A stretch of DNA of 64,000 nt. Source: an uncultured cyanobacterium (GTDB lineage Bacteria > Cyanobacteriota > Cyanobacteriia > CAKZMO01). Below, one piece after another: positions 22,220 to 32,908 of the stretch. The translations under genes and the position numbers were made by a program. Positions within the stretch are counted from its first letter, which is position 1, and each line of letters begins with the position of its first letter. The stretch is from assembly GCA_963719515.1 (NCBI GenBank), contig CAVRCJ010000011.1, forward strand, positions 352,001 through 416,000. Direction: 5' to 3'. The notes below the pieces were generated by a model. That model saw nothing but the letters and a program-made list of their open reading frames with translations, was not told where the DNA came from and ran no database searches.

Positions 22220-24196
22220 ATGTCTGACGCCATTCTTGATGTTCGCGATCTGCACGTTCTCTTTAAGCAAGACAGCCAGAACATCAAAGCCGTTGACGGT
22301 ATTTCCCTAAGCGTCGCGCGAGGGCAAACCCTGGGCATCGTGGGGGAGTCGGGATCCGGTAAGTCTGTAACGGCGCTGGCCGTTATGGGCCTTGTTCCTT
22401 CACCCCCCGGAGAGATCAGCCAAGGGGAGATTTACTTCCACCCGGCAGCGCCACAGCTGGGGTCCATCAACCTGCTGACCCTCTCGGCCAAACAGCGCCA
22501 GACCTTTAGAGGGGGAGAGATCTCAATGATTTTCCAGGAGCCTATGAGCTCCTTGAACCCGGTTTTTACCTGCGGATATCAACTGATCGAGGCCATTCGC
22601 CAGCATGAGACCGTTTCAGTGGCGCAGGCCCAAGCTCGCGCCGTTAGCTTGCTGCAGGAGGTCAAGCTTTTACCCTCTGACGAGCAGCTTCGCCAAAGCT
22701 GCGTCGATGAGCGGGCCTTAGATCGCCCCCAGCAGCCCGCCGACGCTGATATCGAAGCCTATATTACCGCTCGCCAGCAGGCGCTGTTGGCTCGCTTCCC
22801 CCACCAGCTCTCCGGCGGACAGATTCAGCGGGTGATGATTGCCATGGCGATCGCCTGCAATCCGGCGCTGCTGATTGCCGACGAGCCCACCACGGCCCTC
22901 GACGTGACGGTGCAGGCCAGCATTCTCAGCCTCCTGCGGGAGCTGCGCGATCGCCGGGGCATGTCGATGATTTTTATCACCCACGATTTGGGCATCGTCG
23001 CGGAGATTGCCGACACCGTGGCCGTCATGTATCAGGGGAAGATTGTGGAATATGGCTCGGCGCTACAAATTTTCGCCGATCCGCAGCATCCCTATACGAA
23101 AGGACTGCTGGCCTGCCGCCCTCGACCCGACCAGCAGCTGGCCTGCCTGCCGACGGTTTCTGACTTTATGGAAGTGACCACCGACGTCAATGGAGAGCCG
23201 GTCATTCAGGAAAAGCGCCGTGACCTGCAAGAGGTTTTACAGGCTAATGCCGCTTCAAATGCCAGTGGCGCTTCAAACAATAGTTCAAACGCCGGTTCAA
23301 GCTTCGCTTCAGAGCAGAGATCTACAGCAAACGGGGCCGCCGCCCAGCCGCTCCTAGACGTTCAGAATCTGCGCGTGGGATTTCCGGTTAAGGGTGCGTT
23401 TGGGCAGGTGGAGCGCTACGTGATGGCGGTTAACGACGTCTCCTTTCAGGTATATCCCGGCGAGACTTTGGGGTTAGTGGGCGAGTCGGGCTGCGGTAAA
23501 AGCACCCTAGCGGGCGCTATTCTCAAGCTGATTCCCGTGATGGACGGCAGCATTACCTTTATGGGTCGTTCCGTAATGCAGCTGGGGCGAAAGCAGCTGC
23601 GGCAGCTACGGCGGGAGATGCAAATTATCTTCCAAGATCCCTACAGCTCCCTCGACCCCCGCATCTCCATTGGCGAGGCCGTGATGGAGCCGCTGCTAAT
23701 TCACCGGCAGGGCAGCGGACGGCAGCGGCGGCAGCGGGTAGCCGAGCTGCTAGACCGGGTAGGGCTTAATCCAAACTGCGCTAGGCGCTATCCCCACGAG
23801 TTTTCCGGTGGCCAGCGGCAGCGCATCTGCATCGCTCGGGCACTAGCGCTGCAGCCCCAGTTCATCATCTGCGATGAGTCGGTCTCTGCGCTAGATGTAT
23901 CGGTCCAAGCTCAGGTGCTCAACCTGTTGAAGGGCATCCAGAGCGAGTTCGGCCTCACCTATATTTTCATCTCCCATGATCTGGGGGTCGTCAAATTTAT
24001 GAGCGATCGCATCATGGTGATGAATCAAGGGCGCGTTGAGGAGATTGGTCCCTCGGAGCAGGTCTACCGCTCTCCGAGCACGCCCTACACGCGTCAGCTG
24101 ATCGCCTCTATTCCTACGGGCAGCGTCGAGGAGATTCAGCGGCGTCAGACCCATCGTCAGGCCCAGCAGGCCCAGCGTCAGGCGGCGCGGTCTTGA
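22220..24196 (+). CDS. Peptide/nickel ABC transporter, fused double ATPase
   Basis: GESGSGKS and GESGCGKS Walker A motifs; PHQLSGG/PHEFSGG; HPYTKGL. Confidence 0.93.
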   Translation: MSDAILDVRDLHVLFKQDSQNIKAVDGISLSVARGQTLGIVGESGSGKSVTALAVMGLVPSPPGEISQGEIYFHPAAPQLGSINLLTLSAKQRQTFRGGEISMIFQEPMSSLNPVFTCGYQLIEAIRQHETVSVAQAQARAVSLLQEVKLLPSDEQLRQSCVDERALDRPQQPADADIEAYITARQQALLARFPHQLSGGQIQRVMIAMAIACNPALLIADEPTTALDVTVQASILSLLRELRDRRGMSMIFITHDLGIVAEIADTVAVMYQGKIVEYGSALQIFADPQHPYTKGLLACRPRPDQQLACLPTVSDFMEVTTDVNGEPVIQEKRRDLQEVLQANAASNASGASNNSSNAGSSFASEQRSTANGAAAQPLLDVQNLRVGFPVKGAFGQVERYVMAVNDVSFQVYPGETLGLVGESGCGKSTLAGAILKLIPVMDGSITFMGRSVMQLGRKQLRQLRREMQIIFQDPYSSLDPRISIGEAVMEPLLIHRQGSGRQRRQRVAELLDRVGLNPNCARRYPHEFSGGQRQRICIARALALQPQFIICDESVSALDVSVQAQVLNLLKGIQSEFGLTYIFISHDLGVVKFMSDRIMVMNQGRVEEIGPSEQVYRSPSTPYTRQLIASIPTGSVEEIQRRQTHRQAQQAQRQAARS

Positions 24197-24903
24197 GCTA
24201 GGGTACGCATTTCGCCGCCTTTTTGAATCATGTTGCCCACCATGGCCATCAGCGCGTCTACTTTACGCGATCGCCACTCGTCGATTAGGCTCACGGTGGC
24301 GGCATAGCCATAGCGGCGCACCATGGCCTCTTTTAGGTAGGCAGCGTGGCGCTCTTCATCTTTGGCGACGCTCTCGATTCCGGCTCGGGTGCTGTCCATG
24401 TCGGGGAGACCTTTAAGCGCCTGCGCCATGCGGTGAAAGTCTTTGCAGGCGTCAGCTTCTAGGATGTAGGTGCTGGCGAAGAACACAGGCCATTCAATGC
24501 GCTCGGGCTTCAGGTCTTCGCGGCTGAAGCCTCGGTAGAAGCCGTCCATGAAGGGGCTCCCCTGAGATGAGGATTTTTCTGCTTTAACGTCTTTTGGTTT
24601 CGCTTCAGCCTGGGCCTTAAAGTCGATGACCTCCTTATCCATTTGCTTCAGCGCGTTGGCGAAGATCTGACCGTGGCGGCGCTCGTCGCTGGCGTGGATG
24701 GTGAGCTTTTCGGCGAGCCACTCGTCTCCCTCAGCTTTGGCGCGATCGCGCAGTTTGGTCAGCATGGGAACGGCCCCGGATTCGGCAAGCTGAAAACCGG
24801 CTAAGACATTGGGGCGGGTCTTGGAGTCGCGAATTTGACTGGCCAATAGGTATGCCATTGCACCTGAGCCAACAAGGTGTAGGACTGGGGTTAAAGGCGT
24901 CAT
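24178..24903 (-). CDS. Ferritin-like diiron domain protein
   Basis: Paired DERRH and DEERH (ExxH) motifs plus AES and LEAD glutamates. Confidence 0.85.
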   Translation of the reverse strand: MTPLTPVLHLVGSGAMAYLLASQIRDSKTRPNVLAGFQLAESGAVPMLTKLRDRAKAEGDEWLAEKLTIHASDERRHGQIFANALKQMDKEVIDFKAQAEAKPKDVKAEKSSSQGSPFMDGFYRGFSREDLKPERIEWPVFFASTYILEADACKDFHRMAQALKGLPDMDSTRAGIESVAKDEERHAAYLKEAMVRRYGYAATVSLIDEWRSRKVDALMAMVGNMIQKGGEMRTLAQDRAA

Positions 24904-25177
24904 AGGATATTGAGGTGAGTAAAAGGGGATTGCTAAGCTAACCTGCCCGTCGCGCTGGGGTCAGGTAGCTATTGATATGCTAATGCGATCGCGAGGTTTT
25001 GGCTCGTGATTGAGTCTTCGGGAGCGATCGCTGGCTCAGCTAGCTCGTTTGGGGTATGACCGTAATAACCACGCCTTGGCGGTAAGGGCCAAAACGTGAT
25101 AGGAGAGACAAGAGCGCGTAGGTTATGCCTGTTCAATTCAGCGGTTACCGCTCACCTACTTTACAAGACACTTTGCT

Positions 25178-25834
25178 ATGGATGCTCCATCTCCGACTCA
25201 AGTCTTGATTGTCGAGGATGATCCGATGATGCTTCTAGGTCTTGAGCAGTCCCTATCCTCTCAAGACGACATTTCGGTCATCGGGCAGGCCAAGGATGGC
25301 TATTTGGCGGTCAAAGAAGCTGAGCGGCTAAGTCCAGACGTTGTGGTGATGGATATTGGGCTGCCTAGGCTAGACGGCATTGAGGCAACAAAACGCATTA
25401 AGGCCTCAATGCCAAACATTCACGTGATCATGCTGACGTCCCATACTTCCGAAACTGAAATTATTGGCGCGCTATCGAGCGGTGCTGATGCTTACTGCGT
25501 AAAGGGGACCTCGGTCACTGGGCTACTGACGGCGATCGCTGCAGCTCGTGAAGGAGCAAGCTACTTTGATCAGCAGGTGGCCCGCACCGTCATGGATCAC
25601 CTGCGGCCTCCTGTCGAAAAAGATAGAGTTGCTGCGATGGGCCAACTCTCTCAGCGAGAAATGGACGTTTTGAAGCTTATGGTCGAAGGCTACAGCAATC
25701 CAGAAATTGCGAGCAAACTGTACCTAAGCCCTAATACCGTAAAGACCCATGTTCGCGGCATCATGAACAAGCTAACCGTCGATGACCGTGTGCAGGCTGC
25801 GGTTACGGCGCTACGGACTGGCATTTTGAAGTAG
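25178..25834 (+). CDS. NarL/LuxR-family response regulator
   Basis: VEDD, MDIGLP receiver domain; LSQREMDVL..SNPEIASKLYLSPNTVKTH HTH. Confidence 0.95.
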   Translation: MDAPSPTQVLIVEDDPMMLLGLEQSLSSQDDISVIGQAKDGYLAVKEAERLSPDVVVMDIGLPRLDGIEATKRIKASMPNIHVIMLTSHTSETEIIGALSSGADAYCVKGTSVTGLLTAIAAAREGASYFDQQVARTVMDHLRPPVEKDRVAAMGQLSQREMDVLKLMVEGYSNPEIASKLYLSPNTVKTHVRGIMNKLTVDDRVQAAVTALRTGILK

Positions 25835-26131
25835 CGGCCCGCAGGTCTAACTGGAGATCGTGTATATTAGCGCTCCCTCCTATTACTCTGCGCAATTTTC
25901 ACTTGAGGAGCCAGTAAGGTCAACAAAGTGCCGAATCTATTTATACAGATAAAATCAAGGTTACTAATGTAGGCAAAGCTTTTCAACAGGGCGCTGACTC
26001 CCTGTAAGTCCAGGGACAGAATACTTCCAAAAGAAAGTCATCATCAATTGGGTTAAAAGTAACTTCCTTCCACTGCACTCCCACTGAGAGGCTGAGCGAT
26101 TCTCAAACAGTGATAGTTGAAGCCCGACTTG

Positions 26132-26255
26132 CAATAGTCCGGACACTTTTCTGGGCAAGCGCTGAAACTATTGATTTCTCGTTAGCCGAGCTGCTGTAGA
26201 AGAGGCCTGAAACCCGCATTCCACTGTTAGCCACCGAAAACTGTCCGGAGTGTTG
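26132..26255. mobile_element. 124-bp miniature inverted-repeat element (MITE)
   Basis: Terminal inverted repeats 26132-26151 and 26236-26255 (17/20 match); flanking direct repeat GACTTG at 26126-26131 and 26256-26261. Confidence 0.85.
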
Positions 26256-26447
26256 GACTTGATTACTACAACAATTTTACCAACATACCGGCCAGCAACC
26301 TAGGCTTGAGGTCAGACATTCCTCCTAAGAGACTTAGACAGTCTCCAGACTGTCTCCTCGAGGGTTCAAATCAATGCAGCAAAGCGAAATAGCCTTCTAC
26401 GGCTCCGCTTTTCCGCAGCCCGCGAACTAACGCAGAATTTTTTTATT

Positions 26448-26530
26448 TGTTCGGTACCGTACAGACTCTAGGAAAGTCTAAAGCCGTTATGATCCACAAA
26501 CTATTTAAAATCTGTACGGTATCGTACAGA
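26448..26530. promoter_or_regulatory. Two related palindromes matching the NtcA box (TGTA-N8-TACA and a GTT-N8-TAC variant)
   Basis: TCTGTACGGTATCGTACAGA at 26511-26530 and TGTTCGGTACCGTACAGA at 26448-26465. Confidence 0.55.
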
Positions 26531-27389
26531 CATCGGAAAGGTTAGAGCGATTGACAGTCCGAGAACTATTTACTGCATCCAAACGTCACTACTCTTTCAA
26601 AGGGAAACTACAATAGGGTGTAAGCACAGTCGATGCGCAATATTTGCAGGGAATTGGGCTCAAACGATTACACACAGGCGCTTTCCATACTTTCAAGGAG
26701 CACTTGTGCCTCGCTCATAACTCTCGTTCTACTGCTTTATCAAAGAAGCGTCTTACGAGCCGCAGCAGAGGGAGCCCCTCCTTGCGCCCTAGCGGTGGCA
26801 GATCAAGGAGAGCGGGGAATCACCCGACAGCATGATGTTTTTTATTGCCGTGAGATGGAATAATGGGCTTGGCACAGTAAAAATCCAAACGCTCGTTATG
26901 GAAAAACAGTAAGCAGGCTCCGCACCACCAAAGCCCTAATGGTGTACAAGAGATTGGTAATTTTCAGCACAATCTTCGTATCGCTCAAGCAGGTTTTTTG
27001 TGGTTGTCCTTGTCCGCTCTAGCGAAGGGCAAGCCACGTTTACGCTGTTTACAGAACGAACCTTGAAGATCACGACAAATAGACCGTTTGTGATAGGTCG
27101 CTCGATGAACTTTGAATCCCAAAATGATTCAAGACAGGAAGATAAAAAAACTTGCTATGATGGTCAGTGTACTTTCACAAACTTGCTTCGCAACATTTTA
27201 AGTGGCCTGCTTGAGCTAAGTGGTCTATTTGGGGCTACGCTGCTTTGTCACAACGTCTAAGTTTCGGCGGTGTGTACGGGAGAGGTTATAGAGCTGTGCT
27301 ATCTCGGTAGCTTAATAGCTTTTAATCTGGATTACTCAGCATGGTGCTGGTATCGTTTGTAAGTCAACTTCGCTCTTTTCGTAAAATGT

Positions 27390-27785
27390 ATGAACTCCTT
27401 TGAAGACATTTATCAATTTTTTCGTAATCCTCCTCCCTTTTACCTAAACAAGGAGCTCGCGGTCTGCTACGTTCTAGCCGTTCTCCTAAAGAACGACTCC
27501 TATGGAACTGAGCTGATCCAGATGCTGGAGGCCAACTATCCGTCCTATCGCCTCTCAGACACTGTCTTGTACAGCGCTCTGAAGTTTTTGGAAGACAAGG
27601 CCGTTATTACCGGGTACTGGAAAAAGGTGGAAGGACGGGGTCGCCCGCGCCGCATGTACCAGGTCTGCCCGGAGTGGCAAGACGAAGCCGGCGAGCTCGC
27701 TGAGCTTTGGAGTGAGTACATCAGTCGACACGCGACGATAGCTTCTTCAGGTAGCGGCAAAGCTGCTGCTGCAAAGGAGGGCTAA
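27390..27785 (+). CDS. pex: PadR-family regulator, circadian period-extender Pex
   Basis: FEDIYQFF.NPPP.YL.KELAVCYVL, SYGTELI, RLSDTVLYSALKFLE, GRGRPRRMY. Confidence 0.88.
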   Translation: MNSFEDIYQFFRNPPPFYLNKELAVCYVLAVLLKNDSYGTELIQMLEANYPSYRLSDTVLYSALKFLEDKAVITGYWKKVEGRGRPRRMYQVCPEWQDEAGELAELWSEYISRHATIASSGSGKAAAAKEG

Positions 27786-27815
27786 TAATCCTTCACTGCT
27801 CGCGTGAGCCTGTTT

Positions 27816-27849
27816 TCCCCCCTTGGAGCCATCGTTCTCCAAGGGGGGA
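27816..27849. terminator. Perfect 13-bp hairpin between convergent genes
   Basis: TCCCCCCTTGGAG / CTCCAAGGGGGGA. Confidence 0.75.
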
Positions 27850-27874
27850 CTTCAGTTAGGCATTTTTAAGCATT

Positions 27875-28789
27875 TCAAGGATCAGAGGCCGCAGGGGAGG
27901 CCAAGCGTGATAGAGCCGACAGCGCTGCGGTATAGGTCGCTCTTGAAGCGTCAGCCACGGTCTCGTGGTTGGCCTCAGGAACGATCAAGATAGCCTTGGG
28001 CTCAGAGGCAGCTTGGTAGAGCGCTCGTCCCATAGCGCAGGGAACGATGTCATCTAGCTCACCATGCGCAAAAAGCTTTGGCATGGGCAGTCGCCTTTGA
28101 GGGTCAGCAGAAGCCCTGCGCACCTTGCTGAGAGAATCGAACCGCTGCGTTATAAGCCAGTGCGTTGGGAATAGCCGAAGATGCGGCTTCTGAGCCGCCA
28201 TCGCTTCTATGGTAGTGAAGCTGCTCTCCACCACTAGGCAGGCTGCATCTGGGTGGTAACTGGCAAGCTCAACGGCGATTGCCCCGCCGAGGGAGTGACC
28301 GTAAATCATAATCGAGGCCGGAGAAATATCGCGCTCAGCAGTCAGGTAGCGCCACATTGCCTCGGCATCCTCGTACACCCGCTGCTCATTCGGAAAGGGT
28401 CCTTCGCTAAGCCCATAGCCCCGGTAGTCGGCAAGCAAAACGGAAAATCCAAGCTGATGCAGCCGCGCTGCCCGCCTGATATTGTCGCCGATGGTGCAAG
28501 CCTGACCATGAAGCAGTAGGGCGACCCCTTGGCCCGGCATACCAGAAGGTGCCGGAATCCACCAGCCGTGCAGGGCATTCTCTGCATCGGGCCAAAGGGA
28601 AATCCACAGCGTGTCGTAGTCTAAACCCTGCAAATCAGGCGTTGCAGATAGAGTCCGAACGGGGGCGAAGACCATTTGCCGTTGACGGACATAGAGGTAA
28701 AGGCAGCCTCCGGCATAAAGTATACCTATGAGCACCATGCCTATGGCTACGGCCTTAGGGAGTAGCCCCATTGAGGTAGGGAAAAGCAT
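27875..28789 (-). CDS. Alpha/beta hydrolase (ABHD13/BEM46-like)
   Basis: N-terminal TM, DYRGYG, GHSLGG, HGELDDIVP, NH. Confidence 0.9.
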   Translation of the reverse strand: MLFPTSMGLLPKAVAIGMVLIGILYAGGCLYLYVRQRQMVFAPVRTLSATPDLQGLDYDTLWISLWPDAENALHGWWIPAPSGMPGQGVALLLHGQACTIGDNIRRAARLHQLGFSVLLADYRGYGLSEGPFPNEQRVYEDAEAMWRYLTAERDISPASIMIYGHSLGGAIAVELASYHPDAACLVVESSFTTIEAMAAQKPHLRLFPTHWLITQRFDSLSKVRRASADPQRRLPMPKLFAHGELDDIVPCAMGRALYQAASEPKAILIVPEANHETVADASRATYTAALSALSRLASPAASDP

Positions 28790-28792
28790 GGC

Positions 28793-30241
28793 CTAAAGTG
28801 AGGGCGATCGCTGCTGCCAATCCGTGGCCTGCTCGTAGGCATGGGCCACCTGCAGCACCGTTTGCTCCTGCAGCACACCACCGATGATCTGCAGGCCAAT
28901 AGGGAGTCCTGCCTTATCAAACCCGCAGGGCAAGCTGAGCGCCGGAAGTCCGGCCAGATTAACGGGAATCGTCATCAGATCCAGTAGGTACATGCTCAAA
29001 GGGTCGCTCTTCGCCCCCGCCTTGAAAGTCGTGGTGGGGGAAGTGGGGCTAACCAGCACGTCTACCTGCTCGAACGCTTTCTCAAAGTCTTGCTTGATTA
29101 GCGTTCGGACTTTTTGCGCCTTGAGGTAGTAAGCGTCGTAGTAGCCCGCCGACAGGGCATAAGTGCCAATGATAATGCGGCGCTTGACCTCAGGGCCAAA
29201 GCCTTCCGCTCGCGTCTTCATGTACATCTCAATCAGGTCTTCTCCCGACTCGTCACGGAAGCCGTACCGGACGCCGTCGTAGCGAGCAAGATTGGCCGAT
29301 GCCTCCGACGGGGCAATGATGTAGTAAGTGGGGAGACCGTAGCGGAACCGAGGGCAGGAAATCTCCTGCACTTCAGCGCCCATATCCTTAAGCTGAGCAA
29401 CCGCGTCGTTGAAGGCCTGCTCAACGTCCGGCTCTATTCCTTCGCCCAGAGTCTCTTTGATAACGCCAACTTTTGTTCCGGGGGCAAGCTCGGGCTTGAG
29501 CTGGGCAGCGTAGTTGGGGATGTCGACCTTGAGGCTGGTGGAGTCTTTGGGGTCGTAGCCAGCGATCGCTTCGAGCAAAATTGCCGCATCTTCCACGGAG
29601 CGAGTTAGCGGACCAATTTGATCGAGGGAAGAGGCGAAGGCTACCAGGCCGTACCGGGACACCAAACCATAGGTGGGCTTCATGCCGACCACGCCGCAAA
29701 ACGAGGCAGGCTGACGGATAGATCCCCCGGTATCCGAGCCTAGAGCGATCGCGCATTCTTGCGCCGCCACAGCCGCTGCCGATCCGCCGGATGACCCGCC
29801 GGGGACCCGCGCTAGGTCCCAAGGATTGGCCGTTACCTGAAACGCCGAGTTTTCTGTTGAGCTGCCCATGGCGAACTCATCTAGGTTTGTCTTGCCTACC
29901 GTAACTGTCCCGGCGGCTGCGAGCCGCGTGGTGACGGTAGAGTCGTAGGGGGGAATGAAGTTCTTTAAAATGCGCGAGGCGCAGGTGGTGGGAATGCCCT
30001 GGGTGCAGATATTATCCTTAATGCCAATAGGAATTCCGGCCAGCGGCCCTAGCTCATCCCCCGCCGCCAGCTTGGCGTCAATGTTTCGGGCCTGCTGCAG
30101 CGCCTGCTCCGGTGTGAGGTGAAGAAAACTGCGGAGCTTTGGCTCTAAGGCCTGAATGCGATCGAGCGCGTCTTGGGTAATCTCGACGGCGGAGCGCTCT
30201 TTGTTGACGAGCTGGGTATGCAGGTCACGGACGGATGCCAT
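28793..30241 (-). CDS. gatA: Asp/Glu-tRNA amidotransferase subunit A
   Basis: [46 protein letters not shown]. Confidence 0.97.
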   Translation of the reverse strand: MASVRDLHTQLVNKERSAVEITQDALDRIQALEPKLRSFLHLTPEQALQQARNIDAKLAAGDELGPLAGIPIGIKDNICTQGIPTTCASRILKNFIPPYDSTVTTRLAAAGTVTVGKTNLDEFAMGSSTENSAFQVTANPWDLARVPGGSSGGSAAAVAAQECAIALGSDTGGSIRQPASFCGVVGMKPTYGLVSRYGLVAFASSLDQIGPLTRSVEDAAILLEAIAGYDPKDSTSLKVDIPNYAAQLKPELAPGTKVGVIKETLGEGIEPDVEQAFNDAVAQLKDMGAEVQEISCPRFRYGLPTYYIIAPSEASANLARYDGVRYGFRDESGEDLIEMYMKTRAEGFGPEVKRRIIIGTYALSAGYYDAYYLKAQKVRTLIKQDFEKAFEQVDVLVSPTSPTTTFKAGAKSDPLSMYLLDLMTIPVNLAGLPALSLPCGFDKAGLPIGLQIIGGVLQEQTVLQVAHAYEQATDWQQRSPSL

Positions 30242-30327
30242 CAAGGAACCTCTCTACGGACAAAGTACTGCGCGGGCAAATGGGTTTGCCGGACCCATTT
30301 ACTCTAATCCATCTTGGCGCATTTCGA

Positions 30328-31962
30328 CTAACCAAGCTGGGTTGAGGCAGCGCGGACAGGCGCTGTCCCAAAATCTGCTGCGTCGATCTGGTCGCGGGTG
30401 ACGCCCGCCAATAGGGCGATCGCATCTCCTGCGGCTCGAATCAAGAGGCCGCTGCTGCGGGTGACCAGTCTGAGATCGTTGAACGACAGGTCCACCGGCA
30501 TCGCCAGCTGGTCTAGCCCCGTCTGGAAATCCTCAATAATATCGAAACCTGCCGCCGGCTGAAGCATAAAGGTATCTCGCCCTGCCCCTCCCATCAGGCG
30601 ATTGCGGCCTTTCCCACCTAAGAGCCAATCGGCACCGCCCCCGCCTACCAGCAGGTCGTTACCGAAGTCTCCCAAAAGCTGGTCCGCCCCCCGCTGTCCC
30701 ATCAAGCGATCGCCGCCGCTATTGCCCACTAAAATATCATCACCATCACCGCCATAAAGGTCGTCGTCTCCCCCCCGACCCCGTAGGAAGTTATTGCCTG
30801 AGTTTCCGTACAGCGCGTTGTCGGTACCCCGGCCGGTGCCGTCGAGGTCGTCTTCTCCGCCCAGCACAAGATGCTCGAATCCCATCGGCAGGTGGAGCGA
30901 GATCAGCGATGCTACTATGTCCAGCTCTGTACCGTCCTGCTCTGCTTCAGCGCCCAGTGCTAGGCCGTCGTCAACCTGCCCTACGAAGTGGAGCGTTACC
31001 CCGTCTCCCTCAAGGCTAGAGATCTTCCAGATATCTTCGGCTTGGGCAGCGTTGACCACGCCTTCGTGCAGTCCATCCTCCTCAAGGTCTCCCCGATCGC
31101 CGATGCGATCGCGGGGAAACTGGGCCAGCACCCAGGGCGTGGCGCTGTCGGTAGGCCGCAGGTAGCGCTCGAAATCTCGGTAGACGTCAATCACAGCGCC
31201 GTGGGCGTTGTCGGCATCGAAAATGCCGCGTAGCCCTTTTAGATCGACCACGAAGGAGGTCTCTGCCGTACCCGCCTGCTTGTTGTCCCCGGCAATGCCG
31301 GTTTGAAATAGGTCGTCCTCGGCCACAAAGGCGAGGGATGTCGCCTGGGAAAACGCGGCCACGGGCTGCCGCCCATCGGTTAGGCCATCAATATCGTAAT
31401 CTTGGGCCGGGAAGGCAGGGTCGAGGGCAACCAGATTTACCGCGGGGTGAGGCGAGGCTGGGTTGGGCGACGGGGGAGCTAGGGCTTGGGCAATCTCAGC
31501 GGCCACATAACTCCCCAAGCTGTGGCCCACCAGGGTGAGTGAGGTCAACGCCAAGGGCTGCAGCTGCTCTGTGGCCCAGCCCGCTACAGCTTTAATTCGC
31601 CTCGCGGGGCTAAAGGGAGGCAAACTGCCGACGGCGGCCTCCCCCCAGTCGAGAAACAGCACCCGCTTTCCGGGGGCGGCGGTCTGTTGGGCTAGCTGGT
31701 CCAGGCGAGGGTAAAGTTCCTCTAGGTCGGCGGCTCGGTCGGGAAGCAGGTTTCGCCGCCCGTGAATGATGAGTACGGTTTCGAATGGAGCAGGTTCTGG
31801 CAGTGCAGGCTCCGACAGGGCGGGCTCCGGCGCTGGCCCGCCGTCTAGAGCAGGGTCACGGGGAGTACTGTAGTCCCAAAGCCGAATGGGAAACGGGGCA
31901 GCCTCCCCGTCATCGGCTGCCGCGATCGCGTCAAGCGCAATCAGTTTTGGTGCTGTCTCCAT
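30328..31962 (-). CDS. Lipase-like alpha/beta hydrolase with C-terminal RTX calcium-binding repeats
   Basis: IIHG, GHSLG, ALDPA; GGxGxDxL nonapeptides; DIIEDFQTGLDQL tail; no signal peptide. Confidence 0.82.
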   Translation of the reverse strand: METAPKLIALDAIAAADDGEAAPFPIRLWDYSTPRDPALDGGPAPEPALSEPALPEPAPFETVLIIHGRRNLLPDRAADLEELYPRLDQLAQQTAAPGKRVLFLDWGEAAVGSLPPFSPARRIKAVAGWATEQLQPLALTSLTLVGHSLGSYVAAEIAQALAPPSPNPASPHPAVNLVALDPAFPAQDYDIDGLTDGRQPVAAFSQATSLAFVAEDDLFQTGIAGDNKQAGTAETSFVVDLKGLRGIFDADNAHGAVIDVYRDFERYLRPTDSATPWVLAQFPRDRIGDRGDLEEDGLHEGVVNAAQAEDIWKISSLEGDGVTLHFVGQVDDGLALGAEAEQDGTELDIVASLISLHLPMGFEHLVLGGEDDLDGTGRGTDNALYGNSGNNFLRGRGGDDDLYGGDGDDILVGNSGGDRLMGQRGADQLLGDFGNDLLVGGGGADWLLGGKGRNRLMGGAGRDTFMLQPAAGFDIIEDFQTGLDQLAMPVDLSFNDLRLVTRSSGLLIRAAGDAIALLAGVTRDQIDAADFGTAPVRAASTQLG

Positions 31963-31965
31963 AGC

Positions 31966-32877
31966 CTAGCGGGGGTAACGCTCCATCAGCAAACGCACCT
32001 GCTCAGCGTGATAGGAGCTGCGGGTCAGCGGCGAAGACACCACCTGCAAAAAGCCCATGTCTTCCCCCGCCACTCGCCAGGCGTCAAACTGCGGCGGCGG
32101 GACAAACTCCGTCACCCCAAGATGCTTTTGCGTGGGCTGGAGATACTGCCCGAGGGTCAAGATGTCGCAGTCTACCCCCCTCAAATCCGCCATCGTCTGG
32201 CGGACTTCTGCGTCGGTTTCCCCCAGCCCCACCATGATGCCCGACTTACTGTAAACCTGAGGCCTAATTTGGCGCGATCGCTGCAGCAGCTCTAAACTGC
32301 GCTCGTAGCTTCCCTGAGGTCTGACGCGGCGATAGAGGCGAGGCACCGTTTCGGTGTTGTGGTTGAGCACCTCGGGCGCAGCCTGCAAGATGGTCTCCAA
32401 AGCCGCCCAGTTACCGCACAGATCAGGAATTAACACCTCAATGGTCGTTTTCGGCGACAGGGCGCGAACGGCTTCGATGCAGCGCACGAACTGGGCCGCA
32501 CCGCCATCGGGCAGATCGTCCCGGTTTACAGAGGTGATCACCACGTGGTTGAGCCCCAGGCGGCGAACCGCCTCCGCCAGCTGAGTCGGTTCGGCTGGGT
32601 CTAGAGCTTGGGGCACTTTCTCGAAGTCAATATCGCAGTAGGGGCAGGCCCGGGTACAGGCTGGCCCCATGATTAGAAAAGTGGCAGTGCCGCGGCTGAA
32701 ACACTCGCCAATATTGGGACAAGACGCCTCTTCGCACACGGTGTTGAGGCTCAAATCGCGCAGAATATCTTTGACGCTACCGACTCGCTCCCATTGGGGG
32801 GCTTTTACCCGCAGCCAGTTTGGCTTTGACGCTTGAACCACAGTGTCTCGTTTTACCATCACTTCTGTGCCTATCAT
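31966..32877 (-). CDS. lipA: Lipoyl synthase
   Basis: [26 protein letters not shown]. Confidence 0.97.
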   Translation of the reverse strand: MIGTEVMVKRDTVVQASKPNWLRVKAPQWERVGSVKDILRDLSLNTVCEEASCPNIGECFSRGTATFLIMGPACTRACPYCDIDFEKVPQALDPAEPTQLAEAVRRLGLNHVVITSVNRDDLPDGGAAQFVRCIEAVRALSPKTTIEVLIPDLCGNWAALETILQAAPEVLNHNTETVPRLYRRVRPQGSYERSLELLQRSRQIRPQVYSKSGIMVGLGETDAEVRQTMADLRGVDCDILTLGQYLQPTQKHLGVTEFVPPPQFDAWRVAGEDMGFLQVVSSPLTRSSYHAEQVRLLMERYPR

Positions 32878-32908
32878 AACAACCGTCTTTAGGCCAGACG
32901 TAGATCAA

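Noticed and set aside
24178..24196. 19-nt convergent overlap of the ABC ATPase and ferritin-like genes (also 4 nt at 10909-10912)
   Set aside because: Short tail-to-tail overlaps are common and imply no special mechanism
26511..26530. Cyanobacterial LexA box
   Set aside because: Spacing is GTAC-N6-GTAC, whereas the LexA consensus has N4; the NtcA spacing fits better
26633..27260. Short ORFs upstream of pex (26633-26863, 26644-26835, 27000-27260)
   Set aside because: No RBS, recognisable motif or protein-like composition; likely spurious
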